A stretch of 17,733 nucleotides of DNA from Gemmatimonadota bacterium (GTDB taxonomy: Bacteria > Gemmatimonadota > Gemmatimonadetes > Gemmatimonadales > GWC2-71-9): the NCBI GenBank assembly GCA_039591655.1, contig JBDHDE010000051.1, positions 1 through 17,733 on the forward strand. The letters are read 5' to 3'. The notes under the pieces were generated by a model that was not told the DNA's origin, searched no databases, and worked only from the letters and a program-made list of their open reading frames with translations. The first letter of the stretch is position 1. Every line of letters starts with the position of its first letter. Of the stretch, positions 8,182-15,701 are shown in pieces. A program made the position numbers and the translations under genes.

Positions 8182-9186
8182 TCAGGTGTCCGACAAGGGA
8201 AGGGCTACGGTGTGGGCGGCGGCGCCCGCCGCCGTCACCTCCCGATCGGCGGCGACCTCGTGCCGCACGACGGCGAGTCCAACGTAGGACCCGCGGCGCG
8301 GCAGCCACACCGCACTGCTCACGCGGCCCAAAGTCTTGTCATCGGCCTCGACGGCCGCCGTCTCGAAGGTGGGCTCGACATCCCACCGGAGGCCTGCCAG
8401 CCGCCAGTTGGCGTGACCGCGGAAATGCAGGCGGGCGACGGTTTCCTGGCCGGTGTAGCAGCCCTTGGAGTGGGACACACCGCCGATCTCGTCGAACCGG
8501 ACCTCCTGCGGCAGCGTCTTCTCTCCGATCTCGGCCCCGAGGCGCGGCCATCCGGTGAGGATCCGGGCGAGCTCCAGGGCGGCGGCTGCGCCGGTCGCTA
8601 CGCCGGCGCCCTCGAGCGCGTGCAACACGGTATCGGCGTCCGCATTGGCGGCGGCGAGCTGAAGCCCGAAGGGGATACCCCGGCTCGGCGCCGCCGCCCG
8701 GTAGCTGGCGCCTTGCAGCATGCCGGTTGACGTGCGGCCCGGCTGCGGCAGCTCGATACCCGCCTGTTGAGCGAGCTCGAGCGCCTGGGGCCCCACCAGG
8801 TGCAGCACGGTGACGTCATTGGCCCGGTCGGTGATCCCGGCCAGCCGCGGCGGGACGTAGCGCCCGAAGGTGGCCAGCACGGCCTCCTTCCCGGCGACCG
8901 GTGCGTACAGCGTGCAGTCACCGTTGTGCCGCGCCACCCAGAGGTCGCTGACGATCATGCCCTTGGGGGTGAGGGTGGCGCCGTACACGAATCCCCCGGG
9001 GCCCACGGTCTCGACATCATTGGTGTGGATGCCCTGGATGCATTGCCGGGCGGCGGGCCCCGCCACGTCCAGCGTGGCGACATCCGCCCGCGCCACGACG
9101 GCACCCTCCAGCGCCGCGTCGGCGTCGGCGGAGGACAGATCGGCGGGGCCGATGATGAGCGCGGCGCCGGGGGAATCAGCCGGCAT
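8182..9186 (-). CDS. ygfZ: YgfZ/GcvT-family folate-binding protein
   Basis: Signature SHSKGCYTGQETVARLHFRG, plus LTPKGMIVSD, ELARILTGWP and TLPQE. The start overlaps the end of glcF by 11 bp. Confidence 0.88.
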   Translation of the reverse strand: MPADSPGAALIIGPADLSSADADAALEGAVVARADVATLDVAGPAARQCIQGIHTNDVETVGPGGFVYGATLTPKGMIVSDLWVARHNGDCTLYAPVAGKEAVLATFGRYVPPRLAGITDRANDVTVLHLVGPQALELAQQAGIELPQPGRTSTGMLQGASYRAAAPSRGIPFGLQLAAANADADTVLHALEGAGVATGAAAALELARILTGWPRLGAEIGEKTLPQEVRFDEIGGVSHSKGCYTGQETVARLHFRGHANWRLAGLRWDVEPTFETAAVEADDKTLGRVSSAVWLPRRGSYVGLAVVRHEVAADREVTAAGAAAHTVALPLSDT

Positions 9187-10438
9187 AGCACCCCGCGTGT
9201 TGGTACGACCAGTCGAGGATCTCGACGGGATGCACGACGGGGATCGCTGCGCCTGCTGCGAGGAGTCCGGCCCCGATCTGCATCGCGCACCCCGGGTTCC
9301 CGCTGGAGACCACGTCGGGCCGTGCGGCCATGATGGCCTCCACCTTGCGCGCTAGCACGGTGCGGGAAAGGCCCGGCTGGGCCAGGGAGTAGCTCCCGGC
9401 GCTGCCGCAGCATACCTCCGCCTCGGCATGGCGCAGCGGCGCGATCCCCGTGACCGCCTCGAGCATGAGCTCGGGCTCGGCGTCCACACCCTGGGCGTGC
9501 AGCAGGTGGCAAGGGGGATCGTAGGCCACCCGGAGCCCCAGCGGCGCCCCCGCCCTCAGCGGTCCCTCCGCCAAGAGCTCGGTCACGTCTCTCACCCGCT
9601 CCGCCAGCGCGCGGGCCGGCGCTTCCAGAGAGTCGCCGGCGAGGAGCCGCCCGTACTCCTTGAGCATGGCACCGCAGCCCGCTGCGTCCACGGCGATGAC
9701 GGTGTCGGGGGCGAGGCTCCCCAATTCCGCGACGTTGTGCCGCGCCAGGGCGACGGCTTCCTCGTGCTGGCCGGCGTGAGCGTGGAGGGCGCCGCAGCAC
9801 CCTTGGTCGTTTGCATCCACCAGCGTGAAGCCATTGGTCTTGAGAACCCGTTCGGCGGCAGCGTGCACGTGACCGAAGAGGCCGTCCATGATGCAGCCGC
9901 GGAACAGGGCGACGCGTCCGGCGTCGCGTCGCGTGGCTGCGTCGTCGGCGGGGGCCATGCGCCCCTCGACTGGCGTGCCGTTGACCCGGGCCGGCCTCGA
10001 TGAGGCCAGCATGCCGAGAGCAAAACCCAGCCAGGAGTCTCCCGCCAGCCGGTGTGCCGCCCAGCGCAGCGCACGCGCCAGGGGAAACAGCAGCCGGCCC
10101 AGGCGACGCTCCGCCATGACGGCGTGGACCAACCGCACCATCAGGGGCACCGGACGCTTGGAGTTGAGCAGCGAGCGCGCCCGCTCTAGGGCGGGGGCGT
10201 AGCTCACGCCGGAGGGACACACCGGCTCGCAGGCGCGGCACCCGAGGCAACGGTCCAGGTGGGTGGTGACGCCGCGCTCCCCCGGATCCAGCCGGCCGGT
10301 GGCGAGACCGCGGATTAGCACGATGCGTCCCCTGGGGCTGTCCGCCTCGTCGCCGGCGACCAGGTATGTCGGACAGCTCTGGAGGCAGAACCCGCAGTGC
10401 ACGCAGGGCTCCAGGCCGGCCGCAACGAGGGCGGTCAT
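9176..10438 (-). CDS. glcF: Glycolate oxidase-type iron-sulfur subunit GlcF
   Basis: CVHCGFCLQSCPTY, DSPRGRI, CLGCRACEPVCPSGV and two CCG domains (GCCGALHAHAG..AAGCG; YDPPCHLLHAQ..CCGSAGSY..NPGCAMQI). The start ATG 10438 overlaps the glcE stop (ATGA); the extension to 10804 is not real. Confidence 0.92.
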   Translation of the reverse strand: MTALVAAGLEPCVHCGFCLQSCPTYLVAGDEADSPRGRIVLIRGLATGRLDPGERGVTTHLDRCLGCRACEPVCPSGVSYAPALERARSLLNSKRPVPLMVRLVHAVMAERRLGRLLFPLARALRWAAHRLAGDSWLGFALGMLASSRPARVNGTPVEGRMAPADDAATRRDAGRVALFRGCIMDGLFGHVHAAAERVLKTNGFTLVDANDQGCCGALHAHAGQHEEAVALARHNVAELGSLAPDTVIAVDAAGCGAMLKEYGRLLAGDSLEAPARALAERVRDVTELLAEGPLRAGAPLGLRVAYDPPCHLLHAQGVDAEPELMLEAVTGIAPLRHAEAEVCCGSAGSYSLAQPGLSRTVLARKVEAIMAARPDVVSSGNPGCAMQIGAGLLAAGAAIPVVHPVEILDWSYQHAGCYAG

Positions 10439-11655
10439 GCCGGGTCGCCCACTGGGGCCACCAGCACCTGTTCGGGGTCGAACGTGCGCCGCAGCGCACC
10501 CACCAGACGCCCCACTCCCTCGCGGTACGCCCCGAAGTGTCCCAGGGTGCTGCGCACGGTCCAGGGCGCCCGCTCCAGGGTCAGCGGCATCTCCTGCTGG
10601 GCTGCGGTGTGGCGCAGCAGCTTGAGCCGGTCGATGGCCGCCTCGCCGCTCCAGCGGATGACTCCGGGCCCCACGGCCACCGAGAGCCAGGCCTCGGGGA
10701 GATGGTGCGCCACCAGATCGAGGGCATCGTCGAGGGCGGAGGGCAACGCACCGAGCCGCATCGTGATGGGCCCCAGAGCGGCGCCGCTGAGGGCTTCCGG
10801 CCACAGTTGCGCCGACTCACGTGCCGGCAGCTCGGTGAGGGCCATTGAGGCGGCCCCGCCCACCGCGGCCCGCGTCGCCTGGACCTCCGGGTCCGCGCCG
10901 ATCAGCCGCACCGCGAGCATCCAGTCGCTCGCCCGGGCCGCGATGGGCGAGAGCAGCTCCATCGCCGCCGGGGTGATCCCTGACGCCAGGATCTCCCGGG
11001 CGGCGGTCAGCAAGCCGTCGCGCACCCCGGTGGCCACCAGCGTGATGTCGGCGCGGGGCACCGCCCGCAACCGGAAGGTGGCCGCGGTAACGATGCCGAA
11101 TGCGCCGAAGCTCCCCACCGCCAGCTTCGTGATGTCGAAGCCTGCCACGTTCTTGACTACGCGGCCGCCCGGCCGGACGATGCGTCCGTCTCCCGTCACG
11201 AGGGTGAGGCCCAGCAGGTGGTCCCGCACGTTGCCGAACCCGCCGCGGAGCGGACCTGCCGTGCCGGTGGCTACCACCGAACCCACCGAGCGTCCCGATC
11301 CCGGTGGGTCCAGCGCCAGCCACGCGCCCCGGTCCGCCAGAGCGCGACGGAAATCGCCCCACACCGCGCCCGCCTCGCCCGTCGCTACCAGGTCGGCGGC
11401 GTCGAGGTAGGTGATCGCCGTCAGGTTCCGGGTGGTGACGGCGAGGTCGGCATCGGCGTCCGGCGGCATCCAGCTTCCCGTGCCCTCGACACGCACCCGC
11501 CAGCCCGCTTCGGACGCAGCCGTGAGCACGGCGGCGACGGCCTCCTCCGACCGGGGCGCGACTCGCGGCATCCCGGTGGCGTCGGTCTCCACCGCTGCAT
11601 CGGCCCCCAACAGGGAGCGGATGCGCCGGACGATCGTCAGTCCTCTTTCTGCCAT
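10435..11655 (-). CDS. glcE: Glycolate oxidase-type FAD-binding subunit GlcE
   Basis: DLVATGEAG, LALDPP, SVGSVVATG, RDHLLG, GGRVVKNVAGFDITKLAVGSFGAFGIV, C-terminal LRRTFDP. Located between glcD and glcF. Confidence 0.88.
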   Translation of the reverse strand: MAERGLTIVRRIRSLLGADAAVETDATGMPRVAPRSEEAVAAVLTAASEAGWRVRVEGTGSWMPPDADADLAVTTRNLTAITYLDAADLVATGEAGAVWGDFRRALADRGAWLALDPPGSGRSVGSVVATGTAGPLRGGFGNVRDHLLGLTLVTGDGRIVRPGGRVVKNVAGFDITKLAVGSFGAFGIVTAATFRLRAVPRADITLVATGVRDGLLTAAREILASGITPAAMELLSPIAARASDWMLAVRLIGADPEVQATRAAVGGAASMALTELPARESAQLWPEALSGAALGPITMRLGALPSALDDALDLVAHHLPEAWLSVAVGPGVIRWSGEAAIDRLKLLRHTAAQQEMPLTLERAPWTVRSTLGHFGAYREGVGRLVGALRRTFDPEQVLVAPVGDPA

Positions 11656-11680
11656 CTTTCCAGACGCTCTCTCGTGTCAG

Positions 11681-13105
11681 TCACGAAGCCACCCCCATGC
11701 GCCACTCACGGCACGCGTGCGGGGGGAGCACCTTGCCCGGGTTGGCGATGCCAGCGGGGTCGAACACCAGGCGGACGGCGCGCATCGCGCCGAGCGTCTC
11801 GGCGTCGAACATGAGGGGCATGTAGCGCAGCTTGTCCGCCCCGACTCCGTGCTCACCCGTGATGGTTCCCCCGGCGGCCACGCAGGCCTCCACGATGGCC
11901 GCCGCAGCCCGCTCCACCCGCTCCACTTCCGCGCCGTTGCTGCCGTCGAACGCCATGTTGGGATGCAGGTTGCCGTCGCCGGCGTGGAACACGTTCGCGA
12001 CCTGGACCCCGAAGGCCTCGCCGATCGCCTCGACGTGCTCCAGCACCTGCGGAAGTGTGGAGCGCGGCACGACCGTGTCCTGGACCAGGAGATCGGTGCT
12101 CAACCGTCCCAGGGCTCCGAAGGCCTTCTTGCGCCCCTGCCACAGCCTGGCGCGCTCCGCCTCGTCCCGCGCTACCCGGACGGTGCGCGCGCCGGATTCC
12201 CGCAGCAGCCGCTCCACCTCAACGCACTCGGCAGCCACTGCATCGGCATCCGCGCCGTCGAGCTCGACCAGGAGTACGGCCGCCGCGTCGGTGGGGTAGC
12301 CCGCGGCGTAGATCGACGCCTCCACCACGCCGATGCAGTTGCGGTCCATCATCTCAAGCGCCGCCGGAACGAAGCCGGACCCGATGATGGCCGAGACGGC
12401 CTCGCCCGCGGTGCGGAGCGCGGTGAAGTCGGCGAGCAGGGTCTGTACGGCCTGGGGCACCGGGGTGAGGCGCACCGTTATGCGGGTCGCGATGCCCAGC
12501 ATCCCCTCGCTTCCCACGAACAGGCCCACCAGGTCCGGACCCCATGGCTCGCCGTTAGCCGAGCCCAGGGTGGTCACGCTCCCGTCGGGGAGCACGACCT
12601 CCAACTCGAACACGTGGTTCGTCGTCACACCGTACTTCAGGCAGTGGGGACCCCCGGCGTTCTCCGCGACGTTGCCGCCGATGGTGCAGGCGGTCTGGCT
12701 CGACGGGTCCGGCGCGTAGTGCAGTCCGTACGGTGCTGCGGCAGCCGACAGGCGCACGTTCACCACCCCGGGCTCGACCACTGCCAGCCGGTTCTCCGGA
12801 TCGACGCGGTGTATGCGGGTCAGCCGCGTGAGGACCAGGAGGACGGCGTCCTCCGCCGCCAGCGCGCCGCCCGAGAGCCCGGTGCCCGCTCCGCGGGCTA
12901 CGAATGGGATGCCGTGGCGCGCCAGCACTCGCACGACCTGCACGACCTCATCGCGGTCGGCAGGGAGCACCGCCGCGCCGGGGCGGCTGCGGTGGGTGGG
13001 CAGGCCGTCGCTGGCGTACGTCTCGAGCTCGGCGCGGTCGTACCGGATCCAGCGCGGGCCCACCACGGCTGCCAGCTCCTGGAGCACACCTGCTGCAAGG
13101 GTCAC
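11681..13105 (-). CDS. glcD: Glycolate oxidase-type FAD-linked subunit GlcD
   Basis: ARGAGTGLSGGA, YAPDPSSQTACTIGGNVAENAGGPHCLKYGVT, GSEGMLG, FHAGDGNLHP, GTITGEHGVG, NPGKVLP. Start placed at GTG 13105, which is uncertain; the extension to 13207 does not look homologous. Confidence 0.92.
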   Translation of the reverse strand: MTLAAGVLQELAAVVGPRWIRYDRAELETYASDGLPTHRSRPGAAVLPADRDEVVQVVRVLARHGIPFVARGAGTGLSGGALAAEDAVLLVLTRLTRIHRVDPENRLAVVEPGVVNVRLSAAAAPYGLHYAPDPSSQTACTIGGNVAENAGGPHCLKYGVTTNHVFELEVVLPDGSVTTLGSANGEPWGPDLVGLFVGSEGMLGIATRITVRLTPVPQAVQTLLADFTALRTAGEAVSAIIGSGFVPAALEMMDRNCIGVVEASIYAAGYPTDAAAVLLVELDGADADAVAAECVEVERLLRESGARTVRVARDEAERARLWQGRKKAFGALGRLSTDLLVQDTVVPRSTLPQVLEHVEAIGEAFGVQVANVFHAGDGNLHPNMAFDGSNGAEVERVERAAAAIVEACVAAGGTITGEHGVGADKLRYMPLMFDAETLGAMRAVRLVFDPAGIANPGKVLPPHACREWRMGVAS

Positions 13106-13149
13106 GACGCGAGCAGGGCGAAAAGCGGGAGGGTCGGGAGGGTGCGCAT
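13102..13149 (-). CDS. Candidate 15-aa leader peptide (MRTLPTLPLFALLAS) coupled to glcD
   Basis: ATG 13149 lies 6 nt downstream of a -10-like TAGTTT (13161-13156). Its TGA (13104-13102) overlaps the glcD GTG (GTGA). glcD has no obvious SD. Confidence 0.4.
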   Translation of the reverse strand: MRTLPTLPLFALLAS

Positions 13150-13171
13150 AGGTACAAACTACAACTGGGGG

Positions 13172-13334
13172 GCAGGTGGCGAGACCGGGGTCCCCACCCT
13201 CGCTCACAGCGCAAGGCGAGACCCTTCGAGGAGCCCGTGGTCGCCACCGCCCGGTACCGACCTCCTGGGACGACCAGCCTCCTAAGCGGCCTTACAAAGC
13301 TCGCTCGGGTGGGTACCCCGGTCTCGCCACCTGC
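13172..13334. repeat. 163-nt element bounded by a 28-bp inverted repeat (candidate structured ncRNA or MITE)
   Basis: GCAGGTGGCGAGACCGGGGTCCCCACCC (13172-13199) matches the reverse complement of 13307-13334 at 27 of 28 positions. The 107-nt interior contains nested helices. Confidence 0.85.
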
Positions 13335-13352
13335 TCAGGAGCTCCACACAAG

Positions 13353-13379
13353 GAAGCGGCCGGCGATGCCGGCCGCTTC
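13353..13379 (-). terminator. Hairpin downstream of the sigma factor gene, probable intrinsic terminator
   Basis: Perfect 12-bp stem GAAGCGGCCGGC/GCCGGCCGCTTC with a 3-nt loop, 28 nt after the stop codon. It is followed on the minus strand by only a weak U-tract (CUUGUGU). Confidence 0.6.
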
Positions 13380-13407
13380 GGGGAGGGGACTACGGAACCA
13401 CTACGTG

Positions 13408-14301
13408 CTATGCTGCTCTCCAGAACCCTTTCAGGGCCTCGCCGTGGGGGCTCTCGCGCAGCTTCTCGAAAGCGCGCTCGCGGATCTGGCGAATGCGCTC
13501 TCGGGTGACGCCCATCAACTCCCCGATCTTCTCGAGGGTCATACCCTCGGAGCCCTCCTCCAGCCCGTAGTAGAGATAGAGGATCTTGCGCTCCCGGGGG
13601 GTGAGGTACTTCTCGAAGACACGATCGATGAACTCGCGCATCAGCGTGCCGTCGGTCAGCTCCTCGATCTCGCCGCCCTCCTGCCCGGCGAACCGCTCCC
13701 CGAACGTGGCTGCGTCCCTGTCGGTCCGGTCGATGGGGGCGTCCAGGGACATCTCGGCGGCGGTCATGCGCCGTGCGCTGCGGACGTTCTCTTCGGTGTC
13801 CGCCAGTGCCTTCGCGATCTCCGCATCTGTGGGCTCCCGGCCGAGCTCCTGCGACAGGTAGGTCTCGGTACGGGCCATGCGGATCAGATGGCTGTTCTGG
13901 TTCAGGGGAATCCGGACGCTGCGTGTCTGCTCGGCGAGGGCCTTGAGCACGGCCTGCCGCACCCACCAAACTGCGTACGAAATGAACTTCACGCCCTGGT
14001 CCGGATCGAACTTCTTCACCGCCTTGAGGAGCCCCTCGTTGCCGATGGCCACCAGCTCCGAGAGGTCCAGGCCGTGCCCCTGGTACTTCTTCACATACGA
14101 GATCACGAACCTCAGGTTGGCCGTCACCAGCTCCTCGGCCGCCTCAGGATCCCCCCGGCGCGCGCGGCGCGCTAGCCGACGCTCCTCCTCGGCGCTCCCG
14201 ATGAGCGGGAGCTTCTGGATGTCCTGCAGGTATTGGTCGAACGCGCCAGAAGCGGGGGTGCGAAAGAATCCCTTCTGCTTGGTGGTGCGCGCTTGGGTCA
14301 T
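13408..14301 (-). CDS. RNA polymerase sigma factor, RpoD/SigA family (regions 1.2-4, no region 1.1)
   Basis: Region 1.2 FDQYLQDIQKLPL; region 2 LVTANLRFVIS..GNEGLLKAVKKFDP..KFISYAVWWVRQ..RSVRIP; region 3 LGREPTDAEIA..SLDAP; region 4 LTPRERKIL..TLEKIGELMGVTRERIRQI. Confidence 0.95.
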   Translation of the reverse strand: MTQARTTKQKGFFRTPASGAFDQYLQDIQKLPLIGSAEEERRLARRARRGDPEAAEELVTANLRFVISYVKKYQGHGLDLSELVAIGNEGLLKAVKKFDPDQGVKFISYAVWWVRQAVLKALAEQTRSVRIPLNQNSHLIRMARTETYLSQELGREPTDAEIAKALADTEENVRSARRMTAAEMSLDAPIDRTDRDAATFGERFAGQEGGEIEELTDGTLMREFIDRVFEKYLTPRERKILYLYYGLEEGSEGMTLEKIGELMGVTRERIRQIRERAFEKLRESPHGEALKGFWRAA

Positions 14302-14385
14302 CTGCTCCCCATCTTTTTAATAGGCCACTCTGGGAGGGACGGGCAGCTGGAATAGCCCGCCAAAATGACCGACTAAAGGCGGGCC

Positions 14386-14414
14386 AATATATGAGACGCC
14401 CGAGAGAGCGTCAA
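14386..14414 (-). promoter_or_regulatory. Near-consensus sigma70 promoter of the sigma factor gene
   Basis: TTGACG (14414-14409), 17 nt, TATATT (14391-14386), with an AT-rich UP-like tract (AAAATTTC) directly upstream. Confidence 0.8.
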
Positions 14415-14424
14415 GAAATTTTCG

Positions 14425-14589
14425 TTTTCCACATCACAAATTGTTAAGCGACAATTCGTTCGGAGTTTTGTCCACTTTGGGTTTTCCACGGCTCCGTGGA
14501 CAAGTCGGCGCCGTGCAGCCTAACGCATTGCGCTTCGGTGACTTACGGTGTGTGGCCGGACGGTTGATGTGTGGACAAGTTGTGGAACG
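14425..14589. promoter_or_regulatory. Cluster of DnaA-box-like 9-mers
   Basis: Plus strand: TTTTCCACA 14425-14433, TTGTCCACT 14468-14476, TTTTCCACG 14482-14490. Minus strand: TTGTCCACG 14495-14503, TTGTCCACA 14570-14578, CGTTCCACA 14581-14589. Confidence 0.7.
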
Positions 14590-14597
14590 GAAGGAGC

Positions 14598-15701
14598 TTA
14601 CGCCAACGCGCGCGCGAGGTCGCTGAGAGCGTCATCCGGCGCGCCGATGGTCCACTCGCCGGCGGGTCCCCGGGCCATCTCTCCTAACCGCTTGGGCAGT
14701 GCAAACTTGACAGACTTGTCGCGGTTCTTCTTGTCCTGGTGCATCACCTCCAGGAGGCGCTCTGGGTCCACGTCGCCGGGTGGGTCCAGCGGCAGCCGGT
14801 AGGCTTCGAGGGCCCGGCGGACCTCGTCGGCGACCCCGGCCTCCGTGACCCCGAGCCGCTCTCCCAGCCGGGCCTCCGCCAGCATGCCCACGGCGACTGC
14901 CTCCCCGTGGAGCAGCTCGTAGCCCTGGATGGCCTCCAGCCCGTGCGCCACGGTGTGGCCGAAGTTGAGCACCGCGCGGCGCCCCGCCTCGCGCTCGTCC
15001 TCCGCCACGACGCCCGCCTTGATCTCCACGCTGCGGCGCACCACGTCCAGCAGGATCTCACTGTCCCGGGCCCTGACGCCGTCGCTGGCAGCCATCAGGC
15101 GCTGGAAGTACGCGGCATCCGCGATGACCCCGTGCTTGAGTGCCTCGGCCATTCCCGCAGCGAGCTGGACCGGCGGCAGAGAGCGGAGGGTGCCCACGTC
15201 AGCGATTACCACGGTGGGTTGGTGGAAGGCACCGACGAGATTCTTGCCCAGCTGGGTGTCGATCCCGGTCTTGCCGCCGATGGCGCTGTCGATCATGGCC
15301 AGCAGCGAGGTGGGCACCTGCACGCACCGGATGCCCCGCAGGTAGGTGGCGGCCACGAACCCGGCCAAGTCCCCTGCCACGCCCCCGCCCAGGGCGAGGA
15401 TCACTGCCTCGCGGTCGAGGCGGGCGGTGAGAAGCTGGTCGATGAGGTCCCCCCACGTCTCCCGGTTCTTGTTCCACTCTCCGGCGGGGAAGGTCAGGAG
15501 CAGTGTGGGGGCCACGTCCTTGAGCGCGGCCTGCGCGGCGCTCCCGTAGAGCGGGGCGACGGAGGAATCCGTGATAATCGCGTAGCCGGAGGCGGGACAG
15601 TACTCGGCCACGTGTGCGGCGAGGTTCCCCAGGAGACCGTCGCCGACTACTACGTCGTACGAGGCATCGCCCAGGGGGACGGGTACGACTATCGGATCTA
15701 T
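14598..15701 (-). CDS. aroB: 3-dehydroquinate synthase
   Basis: FPAGEWNK, LALGGGVAGDLAGFVAATYLRG, QVPTSLLAMIDSAIGGKTG, GKNLVGAFHQP, AEALKHG, LNFGHTVAHGLE, LLHGEAVAVG, DKK. The homologous N-terminus (VPLGDASYDVVVGDGLL) extends upstream of GTG 15611; proposed start is ATA 15701, which is uncertain. Confidence 0.95.
   Translation of the reverse strand: MDPIVVPVPLGDASYDVVVGDGLLGNLAAHVAEYCPASGYAIITDSSVAPLYGSAAQAALKDVAPTLLLTFPAGEWNKNRETWGDLIDQLLTARLDREAVILALGGGVAGDLAGFVAATYLRGIRCVQVPTSLLAMIDSAIGGKTGIDTQLGKNLVGAFHQPTVVIADVGTLRSLPPVQLAAGMAEALKHGVIADAAYFQRLMAASDGVRARDSEILLDVVRRSVEIKAGVVAEDEREAGRRAVLNFGHTVAHGLEAIQGYELLHGEAVAVGMLAEARLGERLGVTEAGVADEVRRALEAYRLPLDPPGDVDPERLLEVMHQDKKNRDKSVKFALPKRLGEMARGPAGEWTIGAPDDALSDLARALA

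Noticed and set aside
12948..13247. 99-aa minus-strand ORF downstream of an AGGAGGT motif
   Set aside because: SD spacing is 12 nt, the ORF overlaps glcD out of frame, and its composition is not protein-like.
11411..13285. Long plus-strand ORFs (for example 11411..13285, 7161..8558, 12904..14175, 15791..17626)
   Set aside because: Antisense shadows of well-supported minus-strand genes, expected in high-GC DNA, with no recognisable motifs.
13172..13340. Tandem glycine riboswitch, SRP RNA or retron msr-msd interpretation of the inverted-repeat element
   Set aside because: It lacks the GCCGAAG and CUCUCAGG glycine aptamer cores and the SRP GGAAGGAAGCAG motif, and no reverse transcriptase is present in the window.
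14298..14312. Mini-ORF MGSR overlapping the sigma start codon (ATGA)
   Set aside because: Only four codons, no SD of its own, and it coincides with the sigma gene's own GGGGAG SD; likely chance.
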